Positions 8,425 through 18,228 of a stretch of DNA of 48,954 nucleotides are shown piece by piece (position 1 is the stretch's first letter; every line of letters begins with the position of its first letter). This DNA comes from a virus. The position numbers and the translations under genes are program-made. The notes under the pieces are model-generated. The model saw nothing but the letters and a program-made list of their open reading frames with translations, made no database searches and had not been told where the DNA came from. The stretch is from the IMG/VR virus record IMGVR_UViG_3300022539_000516. One strand, given 5' to 3'.

Positions 8425-11400
8425 ATGAAAAAGAAAACTTCCATTATATTTGCAGTTTTTATAGTTATCAGCATGTTGGGTGTATTAATCTGGAAACAAA
8501 ACGAAAGTTATGTCTATGCTGGTTCCGATGGAGCATGGGATGCGTCGATAAAGGCAGCAAATAAAGCGGACAGTTTATTAAATAAAGGTTCTTATATAGA
8601 TGGAAATGATTTTTTAAGAGATAATGTGCAGGATACTTTTTATAATTTAGTCGGAGAAACTCTCTGGGTTGTTCATCAAGGTAGTAGAAGCAAGTTAACC
8701 ATTTGTTCAGACGGAGATAGTATAGAGATTAGAGGAAGGGTAAGTATAGATACTATAATTTCATCTATTTTAAAAATGGGAACAGCTTATGAGTTTCCTA
8801 CGGTAGATGGAGATGATGGTCAAGTTATAAAAACTGACGGTAGCGGTAGTTTATCGTGGGAAAGTGATAATGTAGGCGAAGTAGGTGGAGGGACAACCGC
8901 AGGTGAGGTCAGTGATTCTTGTGACAATGTAAGAAGTGAGATACCCGATTCTATTGATGCTATTAGGAGTTGGACGGCAATAATTGGAACTATTGATGTT
9001 TACGATGATGACACCCAACCACGGTTATGGAGTGATATTGGAGATACTTGTGATGCTCATATAAGTCTGGATTCAATTTATTTTCTGTACAGTACAGATT
9101 GGACATCAGAAGGCTGGTTATTAAATACTGACACTATTAAGGTAGATACATCTTCAGCCGGTGGAGTAATGTCTGGAGAAGTTGGTGATTCCTGTAATGT
9201 TGTTAGAAGTGAGATACCCGATTCTATTGATGCTATTAGGAGTTGGACGGCAATAATTGGAACTATTGATGTTTACGATGATGACACCCAACCACGGTTA
9301 TGGAGTGATATTGGAGATACTTGTGATGCTCATATAAGTCTGGATTCAATTTATTTTCTGTACAGTACAGATTGGACATCAGAAGGCTGGTTATTAGATA
9401 CTGACACTATTAAAGTAGATACTTCTTCGGTCGGTGGAGTAACATCTGGAGAAGTAAGTGACTCCTGTGATGTGGTTAGGGGAGGAATACCGGATAGCAT
9501 TAACTCCATTAGAAGCTGGCCCGCTATAGGTGATACCTGTGATGCTCACGATACTAATACTCAGCTAAGCTGGTCAGATGTAGGAGATACTACAGAAGCA
9601 CATATTAGTCTGGATTCACTTTATTTCCTGTACAGTACAGATTGGACATCAGAAGGCTGGTTATTAGATACTGACACTATTAAAGTAGATACTTCTTCGG
9701 TCGGTGGAGTAACATCTGGAGAACTGGATGATTCTTGTAATGTTGTTAGAAGTGAGATACCTGATTCTGTCGATGTTATTAGAGGCTGGACAGCAATAAT
9801 TGATACTTCAAAGGTTTATTGCGTTGATGAAGGACAGGTAGAATCTATTACTGAACTTATGCTTAATTCTGAGAATGCTCCTACTGATGAATGGATTCTC
9901 TCCTATGAACTAACTGGTTCAAAGCATCTTCAGTGGAAAGAGATGGTAGGTGGTGGTGATGCAAACAAATCAGATATTGGTGAATCTTGCAATGTTGTAA
10001 GAGGAGAGATACCCGATTCTATCGATGCTATTAGGAGTTGGACGGCAATAATTGGAACTATTGATGTTTACGATGATGACACCCAACCACGGTTATGGAG
10101 TGATATTGGAGATACTTGTGATGCTCATATAAGTCTGGATTCAATTTATTTTCTGCATAGCGCAGACTGGACTGTTGAGGGATGGTTATTAGATACTGAT
10201 ACTATTAAGGTAGATACTTCTTCAGCTGGAGAGATAGGTGATTCCTGTAATGTGGTCAGGGGGGAAATACCTGATAGTGCATCAAGCATTGCAGGTGATA
10301 CTGCCAATGTCTTGCGGACTGAAATGATTGACTCAGCTAATGTAGTAGTTGCTGACACAGCAGACCAGTTAAGGAGCGAAATAGGTGATAGTGCAAAAGC
10401 GAACTGCTTTGATGCTGCTGATATAGAGATGGTCAAAGTATCGCATATGTTTACTAACGAGATAGGACCAACTGACGAATGGATTCTGTCATACGAACAA
10501 ACTGGCGACAAGTTCGAATGGGTTGAAATGGCAGGCGGAGTAACATCTGGAGAAGTAGGCGACTCCTGCGATGTTGTCAGGGGAGAGATGCCGGATAGTG
10601 CGAAAGGTGTTGCAGGTGATAGCGCAAGGAGTGCTGCAGGCGATACTGCTAACATGCTACGTGCAGAGATGCCTGATAGTGCAAAGGCTAATTGTTTTGA
10701 TGATGCTGATGTAGAAATGATTTACGAATCGCATTTATTCACTGATGATATAGCTCCGACTGACGAATGGGTTCTATCATACGAAGCAACAGGCCCGAAA
10801 TTTGAATGGGTTGAAATGACTGGAGGTTCTCCTCCCGATTCATCATGGAAGCAGATAGAGGTTCAAAAGATTCTCCCGTTCATAGATGATACTATTCAAG
10901 TTGGGGTTGACGGTAATGATACAGTGAAGATGAGGGCAAGACTGGAAATTCACGGAGATGTGGATTTTTCTATGAGTCAAGCTAACATATACATTAGAGA
11001 CAATCAAGCGACTTCGATTCAGTTTCTTGAAGATGTAAACCCATATCTAACTTTTATTACATCGGACGGCAGTGAAAAGATTCAGACAAATAAGCCTCTA
11101 AATATAAGTGGTTCATATACACTACCGACAAGTGATGGTTCAGTAGGGCAGAATTTAATAACAGATGGTAGTGGTAGTGTATCCTGGGATTCTGATACAC
11201 TTCAGAGTATATTTACTATACCTAATGATGGAGATTGGGATAATGAAACATATCCTATATGGATAGCACCATTATGTGATGTTACTATAGTGCAGGTAAA
11301 TGCCGCTGTAATGGGTTCAGCCACACCTATTTTAACATATAACATAGAAGAAAGAGCTTGGGGAGCACTTGCGAGTGCTGGAACAGATATATATGCCAGT

Positions 11401-11559
11401 GACCAGACGGCAGATACAGATGGAGAGAAGGAAACATCTTTTTCAAATGCTGGAATCTCGGCAGAGGCTCATCTTGTACTTACTACTGGAACAGGTGCTG
11501 AAAGTGGTACAGTGGATTTGATAACTGGAACCATCTACTACATAAAACATGGCTATTAA
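8425..11559 (+). CDS. Large acidic repeat protein with N-terminal TM; putative spike or receptor-binding fibre
   Basis: N-terminal TM; 91-aa repeats; two fibre-type motifs (YEFPTVDGDDGQVIKTDGSGSLSW and YTLPTSDGSVGQNLITDGSGSVSW); three PTDEWxLSYE..KxxWxEM repeats. Confidence 0.6.
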   Translation: MKKKTSIIFAVFIVISMLGVLIWKQNESYVYAGSDGAWDASIKAANKADSLLNKGSYIDGNDFLRDNVQDTFYNLVGETLWVVHQGSRSKLTICSDGDSIEIRGRVSIDTIISSILKMGTAYEFPTVDGDDGQVIKTDGSGSLSWESDNVGEVGGGTTAGEVSDSCDNVRSEIPDSIDAIRSWTAIIGTIDVYDDDTQPRLWSDIGDTCDAHISLDSIYFLYSTDWTSEGWLLNTDTIKVDTSSAGGVMSGEVGDSCNVVRSEIPDSIDAIRSWTAIIGTIDVYDDDTQPRLWSDIGDTCDAHISLDSIYFLYSTDWTSEGWLLDTDTIKVDTSSVGGVTSGEVSDSCDVVRGGIPDSINSIRSWPAIGDTCDAHDTNTQLSWSDVGDTTEAHISLDSLYFLYSTDWTSEGWLLDTDTIKVDTSSVGGVTSGELDDSCNVVRSEIPDSVDVIRGWTAIIDTSKVYCVDEGQVESITELMLNSENAPTDEWILSYELTGSKHLQWKEMVGGGDANKSDIGESCNVVRGEIPDSIDAIRSWTAIIGTIDVYDDDTQPRLWSDIGDTCDAHISLDSIYFLHSADWTVEGWLLDTDTIKVDTSSAGEIGDSCNVVRGEIPDSASSIAGDTANVLRTEMIDSANVVVADTADQLRSEIGDSAKANCFDAADIEMVKVSHMFTNEIGPTDEWILSYEQTGDKFEWVEMAGGVTSGEVGDSCDVVRGEMPDSAKGVAGDSARSAAGDTANMLRAEMPDSAKANCFDDADVEMIYESHLFTDDIAPTDEWVLSYEATGPKFEWVEMTGGSPPDSSWKQIEVQKILPFIDDTIQVGVDGNDTVKMRARLEIHGDVDFSMSQANIYIRDNQATSIQFLEDVNPYLTFITSDGSEKIQTNKPLNISGSYTLPTSDGSVGQNLITDGSGSVSWDSDTLQSIFTIPNDGDWDNETYPIWIAPLCDVTIVQVNAAVMGSATPILTYNIEERAWGALASAGTDIYASDQTADTDGEKETSFSNAGISAEAHLVLTTGTGAESGTVDLITGTIYYIKHGY
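8932..10225 (+). repeat. Intragenic direct repeats with a 273-bp (91-codon) unit
   Basis: agaagtgagatacccgattctattgatgctattagg... at 8932 and 9205 (spacing 273), a further copy near 10005-10220 and a partial copy near 9595-9800. Confidence 0.9.
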
Positions 11560-11568
11560 GGAGGGCAC

Positions 11569-12138
11569 TTGTTTAGAATCTTTCTAGCTGTTATATTGGT
11601 GGCCTTTGCCACAAATGTTTTTGCTCTGACTGAACGACAGCCCCCCGATGCAGTTTTATCATCTACCGGCTTAACTGGTGGATTAGCAGATATTGACGAA
11701 GACCCGGATTCACCAGATGGAAATTGGATGGTAGCAACGGGAAACAATGTGAATACCGATGTGCGGACGAGCTTCGCCACACCAACGGGCAATCCAACAG
11801 TAGGTGTTGACCTTCAGGAGTTCAAGGCTTATGTGCGCCAGTATGATGAGAATCAGACTGGAACCCCTGATTGTCGTTTGGAGTTGTGGGAGAACGGAGT
11901 CCTTGTAAGGGCAGGTTCCGATACGCCTGTGCCGGATGGTGGTCTCCTGATTTCGTTTACTTGGAACGCTAATGAACTCGGTACAGCCGATGGTTCACTT
12001 GTTGAGTGCAAGATAGTCGGTACGAAGAGCGGCGGCGCACCCGGTGCCCGCAACACAGTGGATATGGGGGCTGTGGAATGGAATGTCACTTATACTGGAG
12101 GAGTATCTTACAGAAGAAAAGTAGTTGTATCAGGGTAA
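11569..12138 (+). CDS. Signal-peptide-bearing beta-rich protein (spike-associated?)
   Basis: TTG start with GGAGGG RBS; cleavable-looking signal peptide (..NVFA); visibly more GC-rich than the rest of the window. Confidence 0.55.
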   Translation: MFRIFLAVILVAFATNVFALTERQPPDAVLSSTGLTGGLADIDEDPDSPDGNWMVATGNNVNTDVRTSFATPTGNPTVGVDLQEFKAYVRQYDENQTGTPDCRLELWENGVLVRAGSDTPVPDGGLLISFTWNANELGTADGSLVECKIVGTKSGGAPGARNTVDMGAVEWNVTYTGGVSYRRKVVVSG

Positions 12139-12180
12139 GATAGAAATTTTCTATTCTGAAGAAATAGAGAGGAATAATAT

Positions 12181-12672
12181 ATGAAAAAGAAAAATCCTAT
12201 TATATTTGCAGTTTTTATATTGGTTGTAATATTTGCTGTATTAATCTGGAAACAAAATGAAAACTATGTATACGCCGGTTCCGACGGAGCATGGGATTCT
12301 TCGGTAGATTCTTTAGATGTAGCAGGTTGGGGTTATGTAGCAGGAGATTTATTTGATGAACGTGTTGATGATAGATTAGATGTGGTATTAAAAGGAGGTA
12401 TCGGTATAGAGTTAAACTATTTTGATGTTAATGATAGCTTGGTGATTGCTACAGAGATACTTGCGAAGGGTAAAGCAGCATACGCAGTGGGACAATTGGT
12501 GGATACATTAGTTATCCCTGGTGTTACTACATCATCTGTTGTGATTATATGTCCTTGGACAGTATTAGATGGTATGCATGCCGGGGAACCTGGAATAGAT
12601 ACAGTTTGGATAAGACGGACAAATAATATTAGTGGAGTGGAAAGTTATAGTTATGTTGTATGGAAACCATAA
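12181..12672 (+). CDS. Membrane-anchored protein sharing its first ~40 aa with the 8425 spike-like protein
   Basis: MKKK..IIFAVFI....LIWKQNExYVYAGSDGAWDxS is present in both proteins. Confidence 0.7.
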   Translation: MKKKNPIIFAVFILVVIFAVLIWKQNENYVYAGSDGAWDSSVDSLDVAGWGYVAGDLFDERVDDRLDVVLKGGIGIELNYFDVNDSLVIATEILAKGKAAYAVGQLVDTLVIPGVTTSSVVIICPWTVLDGMHAGEPGIDTVWIRRTNNISGVESYSYVVWKP

Positions 12673-12699
12673 GTTATCAACAGAGAGGAGGTGAGATAA

Positions 12700-12984
12700 A
12701 TGAATTGGGAATCTATGTGGCCGTGGATATTAGCCCATGTAGCTCTTGTGCCAGTGATTGTTGAAGGAATAAAAAGAACAATAAAGCAGTATACTGGAAA
12801 AGATTTTCACGGAATTCCTGCTTTAGTTCTTACGATATTAGTTGGTGCTGGATTTGGAGTTTGGTACGGAGTTACAGTTTCCAATATATGGGGCGGAATT
12901 TTGTGCGCGATTGTAATGAATGGCGTAGTAATATTTGGGTACAAAACGGTTGCGAATATCGTGGAAAGACACAATCACGGTTAG
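12700..12984 (+). CDS. Small multi-TM protein, holin-like
   Basis: 94 aa, three hydrophobic segments, VIVEGIKR motif, GGAGGTGA RBS. Confidence 0.55.
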   Translation: MNWESMWPWILAHVALVPVIVEGIKRTIKQYTGKDFHGIPALVLTILVGAGFGVWYGVTVSNIWGGILCAIVMNGVVIFGYKTVANIVERHNHG

Positions 12985-12990
12985 CAACGA

Positions 12991-13025
12991 AAGGTAGTGG
13001 CGTAGGCCATCTGCGCCACTACCTT
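12991..13025 (+). terminator. GC-rich hairpin after the holin-like gene
   Basis: aaggtagtggcgtag-gccat-ctgcgccactacctt. Confidence 0.55.
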
Positions 13026-13045
13026 AGATTAGCTTTTGGAGTAAA

Positions 13046-13867
13046 ATGTCAAAATTAAGAGTTGTGTATAAAGGAGTAACTGGTCAACTTGATTCTGATT
13101 TAGAAGAAATAGTAGGCGAAGAATATAATTATGGTTATACTAATGTAGTAATTGGTCAGAGAGAATTAGAATGGCATTATATTAGTTCTAATATAGCAAA
13201 AGAAGCAAAGAAAGAAATTAAGAGTAGATTTCCTTATATTATAGTTAAAATACTACCTGATGTTAAAAACAATCCTAAAAGATGTGAAGGATTAATAGAT
13301 AAAATGTTTAGAACAGTACAGATGAAAGGATATATATCTGATGCATTATCTGTTGCTGAAGAATTAAAAACTCCAGTTAGAGATAAATGTGATAATTGTG
13401 ATAAGCTAATAATGAGATATACACCAAGACCTATTTTTGGATTGTTTTGCAGTGAAAAATGTTCTCAAGAAAAAAGATTAGAAGATTCAATGGAATTAAA
13501 AGAAACAAGGGAAGCAATTAAAAGAGCAAAAGGAAAAGAAAACCCAAGCCCAAGGAGGTTTGAAATGTATAGAGAGCGTCCGGGATATTATAGAAGAAGT
13601 AGATTTAATCCTGCTCCAAAGAAGCTGACAAATGCTGAAATAGTAAAAAGATGGAAGATGTTTGTTTTAGATATGATAGCATGGTATGAAGACATAGGTA
13701 CAGTTGAGATTATAGATAAAGATAGATTTGAGAAATCTCTTCTTAGATTTATATTGGGGCCAGAAGGAGTACAGGAACTTGGTACAGATTGGTTAAGAGG
13801 GAGTAGACAAATAGAAGACCATCCCAGAAAATGGGGAGCAAGGTTTAAAGAAGGTTATGGAGGATGA
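13046..13867 (+). CDS. Modular hypothetical protein (NP-delimited)
   Basis: KNNP, KENP and RFNP junctions; CxxC..FCSEKC zinc motif; modules shared with 18229 and 29482. Confidence 0.65.
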   Translation: MSKLRVVYKGVTGQLDSDLEEIVGEEYNYGYTNVVIGQRELEWHYISSNIAKEAKKEIKSRFPYIIVKILPDVKNNPKRCEGLIDKMFRTVQMKGYISDALSVAEELKTPVRDKCDNCDKLIMRYTPRPIFGLFCSEKCSQEKRLEDSMELKETREAIKRAKGKENPSPRRFEMYRERPGYYRRSRFNPAPKKLTNAEIVKRWKMFVLDMIAWYEDIGTVEIIDKDRFEKSLLRFILGPEGVQELGTDWLRGSRQIEDHPRKWGARFKEGYGG

Positions 13868-13932
13868 TAAGGGCGAAGTTAGAAAAGAGACGAAGACAGA
13901 TAAGACGGAAGCATTAAGGAGAACATAAAACT

Positions 13933-14244
13933 ATGAAAAATCCACGCAGAGGTAGCAAAAAGCCTTTTTCTGACCGGCCGCATTATATAAAGGAAGAAAT
14001 TGAGAAGGCTATCAAAGAAGTTTCGTCTTTTGACGAACTCACTGACGAATATGCTGAGTTTGATACACAGATTAGAATAATGGGAGATTTAACAACTTCA
14101 TTCAGTATAGCAAAGTCAATAGTAGCTTCATTTAAAAAGTTGGGGGTGAAGTATAGAATAGGAGCGATGAAATTAGAGAGAGATAAGAAGAATAGAATTG
14201 GAGATTGGTTGTTGGATAAAGTAAGAATTTATATACATTTTTAA
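13933..14244 (+). CDS. Hypothetical protein starting MKNP
   Basis: ORF with AAGGAG RBS. Confidence 0.6.
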   Translation: MKNPRRGSKKPFSDRPHYIKEEIEKAIKEVSSFDELTDEYAEFDTQIRIMGDLTTSFSIAKSIVASFKKLGVKYRIGAMKLERDKKNRIGDWLLDKVRIYIHF

Positions 14245-14526
14245 ATGGAGGAAGAAATGGAAAACATATTTGAGTTATTTACAGAAGACGATGAAGGCGA
14301 CGAAAGCGCATGGTTTAGTGTGACTCAAAATATAATAAAGACTCTAGAGAAACCAATCAAAAAACTCCATGAACTTGTTGATAAATTAGAGGATAAATAT
14401 GAAGGTTTAGGTTTAGCCGATACTGCTTCAAGAGAAGCACTTTTTGGATATATTCAATCTAGGATTTTAAACGAAGTAACAGATAAAGATGTAGATGCGA
14501 TGTTAGAAGAGGAGGAAGAAGATTAG
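14245..14526 (+). CDS. Acidic hypothetical protein
   Basis: ORF track; the true start is probably the second ATG (14257) after GGAGG. Confidence 0.55.
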   Translation: MEEEMENIFELFTEDDEGDESAWFSVTQNIIKTLEKPIKKLHELVDKLEDKYEGLGLADTASREALFGYIQSRILNEVTDKDVDAMLEEEEED

Positions 14527-14541
14527 TTAAACCTAATTTAG

Positions 14542-14766
14542 ATGGAGGAAGAAATGACCATAATTGAAGCGTTGGCTCAATTACATGATATTAGAATATC
14601 AATGGCTGTGCTTGTCGACGACCCAGGCAGCTATGAAGAAAAAGATTGGGAAGCTGATGTTGCTGGTTGGTTTAAAGGAATAGAAGAAGCACTCGATTCA
14701 ATTATAGAAAGTATAGGTACAGATACAGATGAATTGCAGGAAATTATAGAAGAAGGTTTGGAGTAA
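14542..14766 (+). CDS. Acidic hypothetical protein
   Basis: Same atggaggaagaaatg start word as 14245; the true start is probably 14554. Confidence 0.55.
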   Translation: MEEEMTIIEALAQLHDIRISMAVLVDDPGSYEEKDWEADVAGWFKGIEEALDSIIESIGTDTDELQEIIEEGLE

Positions 14767-14789
14767 TAAAAAATAAGGAGAAATATTAA

Positions 14790-15188
14790 TTGAAACTCAA
14801 AAAAGGTTCATCAGTTTGTTCCTTAGATGCAATATTCAACTACAAGCCTTTGTTGGAGAGAGCAACGGAGGAAGAATTATATAGAATACTGGCCTGTCTT
14901 GCTTTAATGAAAAAAAATGCAGAGTTAAAAAACTTTGTAGAGTTTGATGTTATAATACAAAAGGTAGAGAAAAAAGGGTGGAACAAAATAGTATTAGATA
15001 GAACTGTTGAGTACTGGAAGAAAAAAGGAAGAAAAGAAATTATAGCTTTTCTTGATTATATGAGCAGAGGTTGTTGCAACGCCGGTGTAGATAATTTTAT
15101 AAGTCATTTTTGTAAACATTATGAACAGGAAATTAAAAAGACTCAGAAAAAGAAGGGGAAAAAGAAAGGAGAGTATGAGCTATTATGA
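14790..15188 (+). CDS. Hypothetical protein
   Basis: TTG start with AAGGAG RBS. Confidence 0.5.
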   Translation: MKLKKGSSVCSLDAIFNYKPLLERATEEELYRILACLALMKKNAELKNFVEFDVIIQKVEKKGWNKIVLDRTVEYWKKKGRKEIIAFLDYMSRGCCNAGVDNFISHFCKHYEQEIKKTQKKKGKKKGEYELL

Positions 15189-16636
15189 AAGAGTATAATA
15201 TTGGTGATATAGTTAAATTAAAAGTAGATTTAGATAGAAGAGTTTATGAAGCAAAAAAAGATTCCAAAGGAATACATAGAGGTTCTAAAAAAATACAAAT
15301 TCCTAAAGGAACAATAGGAATTATCTACAAAAAATATAGAATTAGAGCAAGAAATGGAACAGCGTACAGATTAAAAGATTCAAATGACGTAGGTATGGGA
15401 ACTATAATAACTGACTATGAATTAGAATCTGTGGTTGACGAAGGTGTAATTTATTGGTGGAAAAAAGGTGTTTATGGACAAAACCCCGACTTCCACAAAT
15501 TTATTTCAAGAGTACCTCATCATCTTGAACGAGCAGAGAGAGGATTAAGAACAGCTCAGAAAAGATTGCCTGAGTATCAAAAGAGAGCGGAAAGAATAGC
15601 TAAATATGGTAGGGGTATATTAAAAGAAGTCAAAGGGGTTGTTCCAAAAAAATATATAAAGAATCCTGGCAGTATATCTGAAGTCTTGCAGACTCTTAGA
15701 AAAGAAGTTGTAGAGAAAGGGCGAAAGACAAACGATGAGAGAAAAATAGGAGAAATTTTAGATATGGATATTCTGCATAATTTTTCTCCTGTACTTTTTG
15801 CACAAGCTTGGAAAGATAAAAAATGTCAGTACAGATATTATGTTGCTCTTGGAATGTGGTTAAATCAAGCAATAAATGGGATATTTGACGATGACATTGA
15901 TATGCTTATTGAGATGGCAAAAAATTATCTGGCAGAAATAGCAGAAATATTACCATTAAGAGAAAAAGTTAGTCAGGATATTCTGGAAAAAGAATTTGGA
16001 GTAGAAAATCCTAGAGAGGTAATTAACTATGCTAGATTCAAAAGATGGATAATGAATAAAAGTGTATGGGAAAGAAATATTGTTGATAATCCATATCTAA
16101 ATAGAATTTATAATATAATGTTGCAGTCAACCGGATTTGGTGTTCTTAGAAGAAGAATTACCAGAAGATTTACAGATTCTCAAAGATATATTGAAGAACT
16201 TGAAAATTTAAAATCTCAATTTAAGAGGTATAAGGGGAATCCAGTAAAATCAAAAGCAGTCATAGAATGGAAAAAGAAAAAATCTAAGTTCGGTAAAATT
16301 ACAGAAGAAATGAGAGAACATTATCGCCATCAAGGATTTGATATAGACTCTGATTATAGGGAAGAAGTATATAGAGAAGACCATACCATATATTTTAAAT
16401 TATGGGATACAATCATTATTACAGCAACTCCAGAGGTTATAACAATAAATACTCATGGATATAGAAGTAAAACTACAAAACAGAGAATTAATAAATACCT
16501 GAGAGAACTTGATACCAAATGGCAGATTTCGCAGATGAGAGACCAATGGTATTTATGGGATACGATAGAAAATTATAAGGAAAAATTTCTTGATGGTATC
16601 GGAATTGACAGAGAAACCGACGAAATTATTTACTAA
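15185..16636 (+). CDS. Modular hypothetical protein (NP-delimited; N-terminal KOW/SH3-like module)
   Basis: GQNP, IKNP, VENP and KGNP junctions; YNIGDIVKL..IPKGTIGII; last module has INTHGYRSKTTKQRIN. Confidence 0.65.
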   Translation: MKEYNIGDIVKLKVDLDRRVYEAKKDSKGIHRGSKKIQIPKGTIGIIYKKYRIRARNGTAYRLKDSNDVGMGTIITDYELESVVDEGVIYWWKKGVYGQNPDFHKFISRVPHHLERAERGLRTAQKRLPEYQKRAERIAKYGRGILKEVKGVVPKKYIKNPGSISEVLQTLRKEVVEKGRKTNDERKIGEILDMDILHNFSPVLFAQAWKDKKCQYRYYVALGMWLNQAINGIFDDDIDMLIEMAKNYLAEIAEILPLREKVSQDILEKEFGVENPREVINYARFKRWIMNKSVWERNIVDNPYLNRIYNIMLQSTGFGVLRRRITRRFTDSQRYIEELENLKSQFKRYKGNPVKSKAVIEWKKKKSKFGKITEEMREHYRHQGFDIDSDYREEVYREDHTIYFKLWDTIIITATPEVITINTHGYRSKTTKQRINKYLRELDTKWQISQMRDQWYLWDTIENYKEKFLDGIGIDRETDEIIY

Positions 16637-17049
16637 TGAAAGAAATAAACCGATTAGTAGAAAAAATTGCAAGACATATATTCAGAAAATATCATAGGGA
16701 ACTTATACCAATAAGAGTGAAAGAGAGTTACTGGCGTTCACATTATAATAAGGAAGAAATACAGTATGGAGAACAGGCTATATATTATCATTTGTATTTT
16801 GTCCCGAATCCAGAAGAAGAACCTAGAACTTTGCAGGATAGGACAGAAAAAGCACTTTTAAAATTAGGTTACAAAGAGGAGTATTATGATGGGTGTTGTA
16901 GGTTAGGAGCATTGATTTTGCATGAGATAGCTCATTCTTTGCAAGTATGGAATGAACCAGACCACGGAAAAATGTTTATGGAAATATTTGGTAAGTTATT
17001 AGAGGAACATTTAGTAGAAGTTTCTAAAACAATTTCACAAAACATGTAG
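16636..17049 (+). CDS. SprT-like HExxH zinc metallopeptidase
   Basis: LILHEIAH..DHGKMF. Confidence 0.7.
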   Translation: MKEINRLVEKIARHIFRKYHRELIPIRVKESYWRSHYNKEEIQYGEQAIYYHLYFVPNPEEEPRTLQDRTEKALLKLGYKEEYYDGCCRLGALILHEIAHSLQVWNEPDHGKMFMEIFGKLLEEHLVEVSKTISQNM

Positions 17050-17058
17050 GAGGAAAAA

Positions 17059-17235
17059 ATGCCTAATTTTATCGTAAATTGGCAGATTAGTGGCAAGATA
17101 AGAATTGAGTCCGAGTCTGTAGAAATTGCCATACAAAAAGTTGTTGACGACTATTCACCCGATGATTTATTGTCCAAGTCGGATGAAGAGAGTCTTGTAA
17201 TATCATCTGATTATGGAGAAGAAATAGAAGATTAG
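17059..17235 (+). CDS. Small acidic protein (58 aa; not in the ORF track)
   Basis: GGAGG RBS followed by MPNFIVNWQISGKIRIESES...EEIED*. Confidence 0.55.
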   Translation: MPNFIVNWQISGKIRIESESVEIAIQKVVDDYSPDDLLSKSDEESLVISSDYGEEIED

Positions 17236-17269
17236 TAAAAAATAAAAGTATTTAATTAAGGAGGAAGTA

Positions 17270-17644
17270 ATGAATGTAAATAAAATACTTTTGGCGTTAG
17301 GTATAGCTGGGACAGCAGTATTTGGTATTATGTTTATGAGAAAAAGAGCGCAGGCTAAAGAATCACAAAAAGCCTTGCCTCCAGGATTTTCTCCTATGAC
17401 TCTTTTACCTCCGAGTAAATCTGTCGCAGAAATAAAAGCTAAAGGAATATCATCAGTGACAGAATTTATGATGTCTCCAACTGTTTCTAATGAAGTAAAA
17501 GAAGCTGTTAGAACCGGAAAATTGAAGCGTTCTACACTTATTAAAAACTTTGCGAGCAAAAAAATAGTTGGTGCAGAATTAAGAGGGGGGAAAATTATTT
17601 TGAAGTCACATCCGGGTCTTCCACCAAAAGTAATGTTTACATAA
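17270..17644 (+). CDS. Membrane-anchored paralog family member
   Basis: N-terminal TM + RKRA; ISSVTEFMMSPTVSNEVKEA domain. Confidence 0.6.
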   Translation: MNVNKILLALGIAGTAVFGIMFMRKRAQAKESQKALPPGFSPMTLLPPSKSVAEIKAKGISSVTEFMMSPTVSNEVKEAVRTGKLKRSTLIKNFASKKIVGAELRGGKIILKSHPGLPPKVMFT

Positions 17645-17652
17645 GGAGGTTT

Positions 17653-18216
17653 ATGATGAAAAGACTATTGATTCCGTTAATGGTTGCAGCGGTTGGAGCA
17701 ATAGGTATTATATTGTTTATGCGAAAAAGAGCAGAAGCAACTCAGGCATTGCCAAGTTATGCACCACCAAGTTTTGTACCACCGAAAGAACCGATTTTGC
17801 CGGGTGAACCTACTCAATATGCACCACCGAGGAAACCTATACCCCCGAAACGTATGCCACCGAAGGTAAAACCAAAACCTGCAATAAAACCTACGGTTGC
17901 TGGAATAGCTCTTTTTGAAAAGATGTTTGGCAGAAAATTTTATGGCGGAGCACAGGATTTATTTCTTTTGAAAAATTTAAATGTAAGACCATTAGCAATT
18001 CCTGCTTTCAGGATTGAAACAATGGCAGATTTTGTGTCTTCCGTGTATGTACATGGGGCTGCAAAGAAGGCTCTTAGACTAGGAAAAATAACAGCTAACT
18101 ATATACTTCCAATTTTAAAGAGCAAAAAAGTATATAGTATAAAAAGCGACCCTCTTGGGAGTAAAATAATTGTAAGCGAAAAACTTCCTCCAAGAGAAAT
18201 AAAATTAACAAAATAA
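17653..18216 (+). CDS. Membrane-anchored paralog family member with Pro-rich linker
   Basis: TM + RKRA; IETMADFVSSVYVHGAAKKAL domain. Confidence 0.6.
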   Translation: MMKRLLIPLMVAAVGAIGIILFMRKRAEATQALPSYAPPSFVPPKEPILPGEPTQYAPPRKPIPPKRMPPKVKPKPAIKPTVAGIALFEKMFGRKFYGGAQDLFLLKNLNVRPLAIPAFRIETMADFVSSVYVHGAAKKALRLGKITANYILPILKSKKVYSIKSDPLGSKIIVSEKLPPREIKLTK

Positions 18217-18228
18217 AGAGGCAATAGG

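Noticed and set aside
8932-10225. Diversity-generating retroelement template/variable repeats
   Set aside because: The repeats are in-frame tandem protein repeats with no obvious adenine-specific mismatch pattern, and no reverse transcriptase is present in the window.
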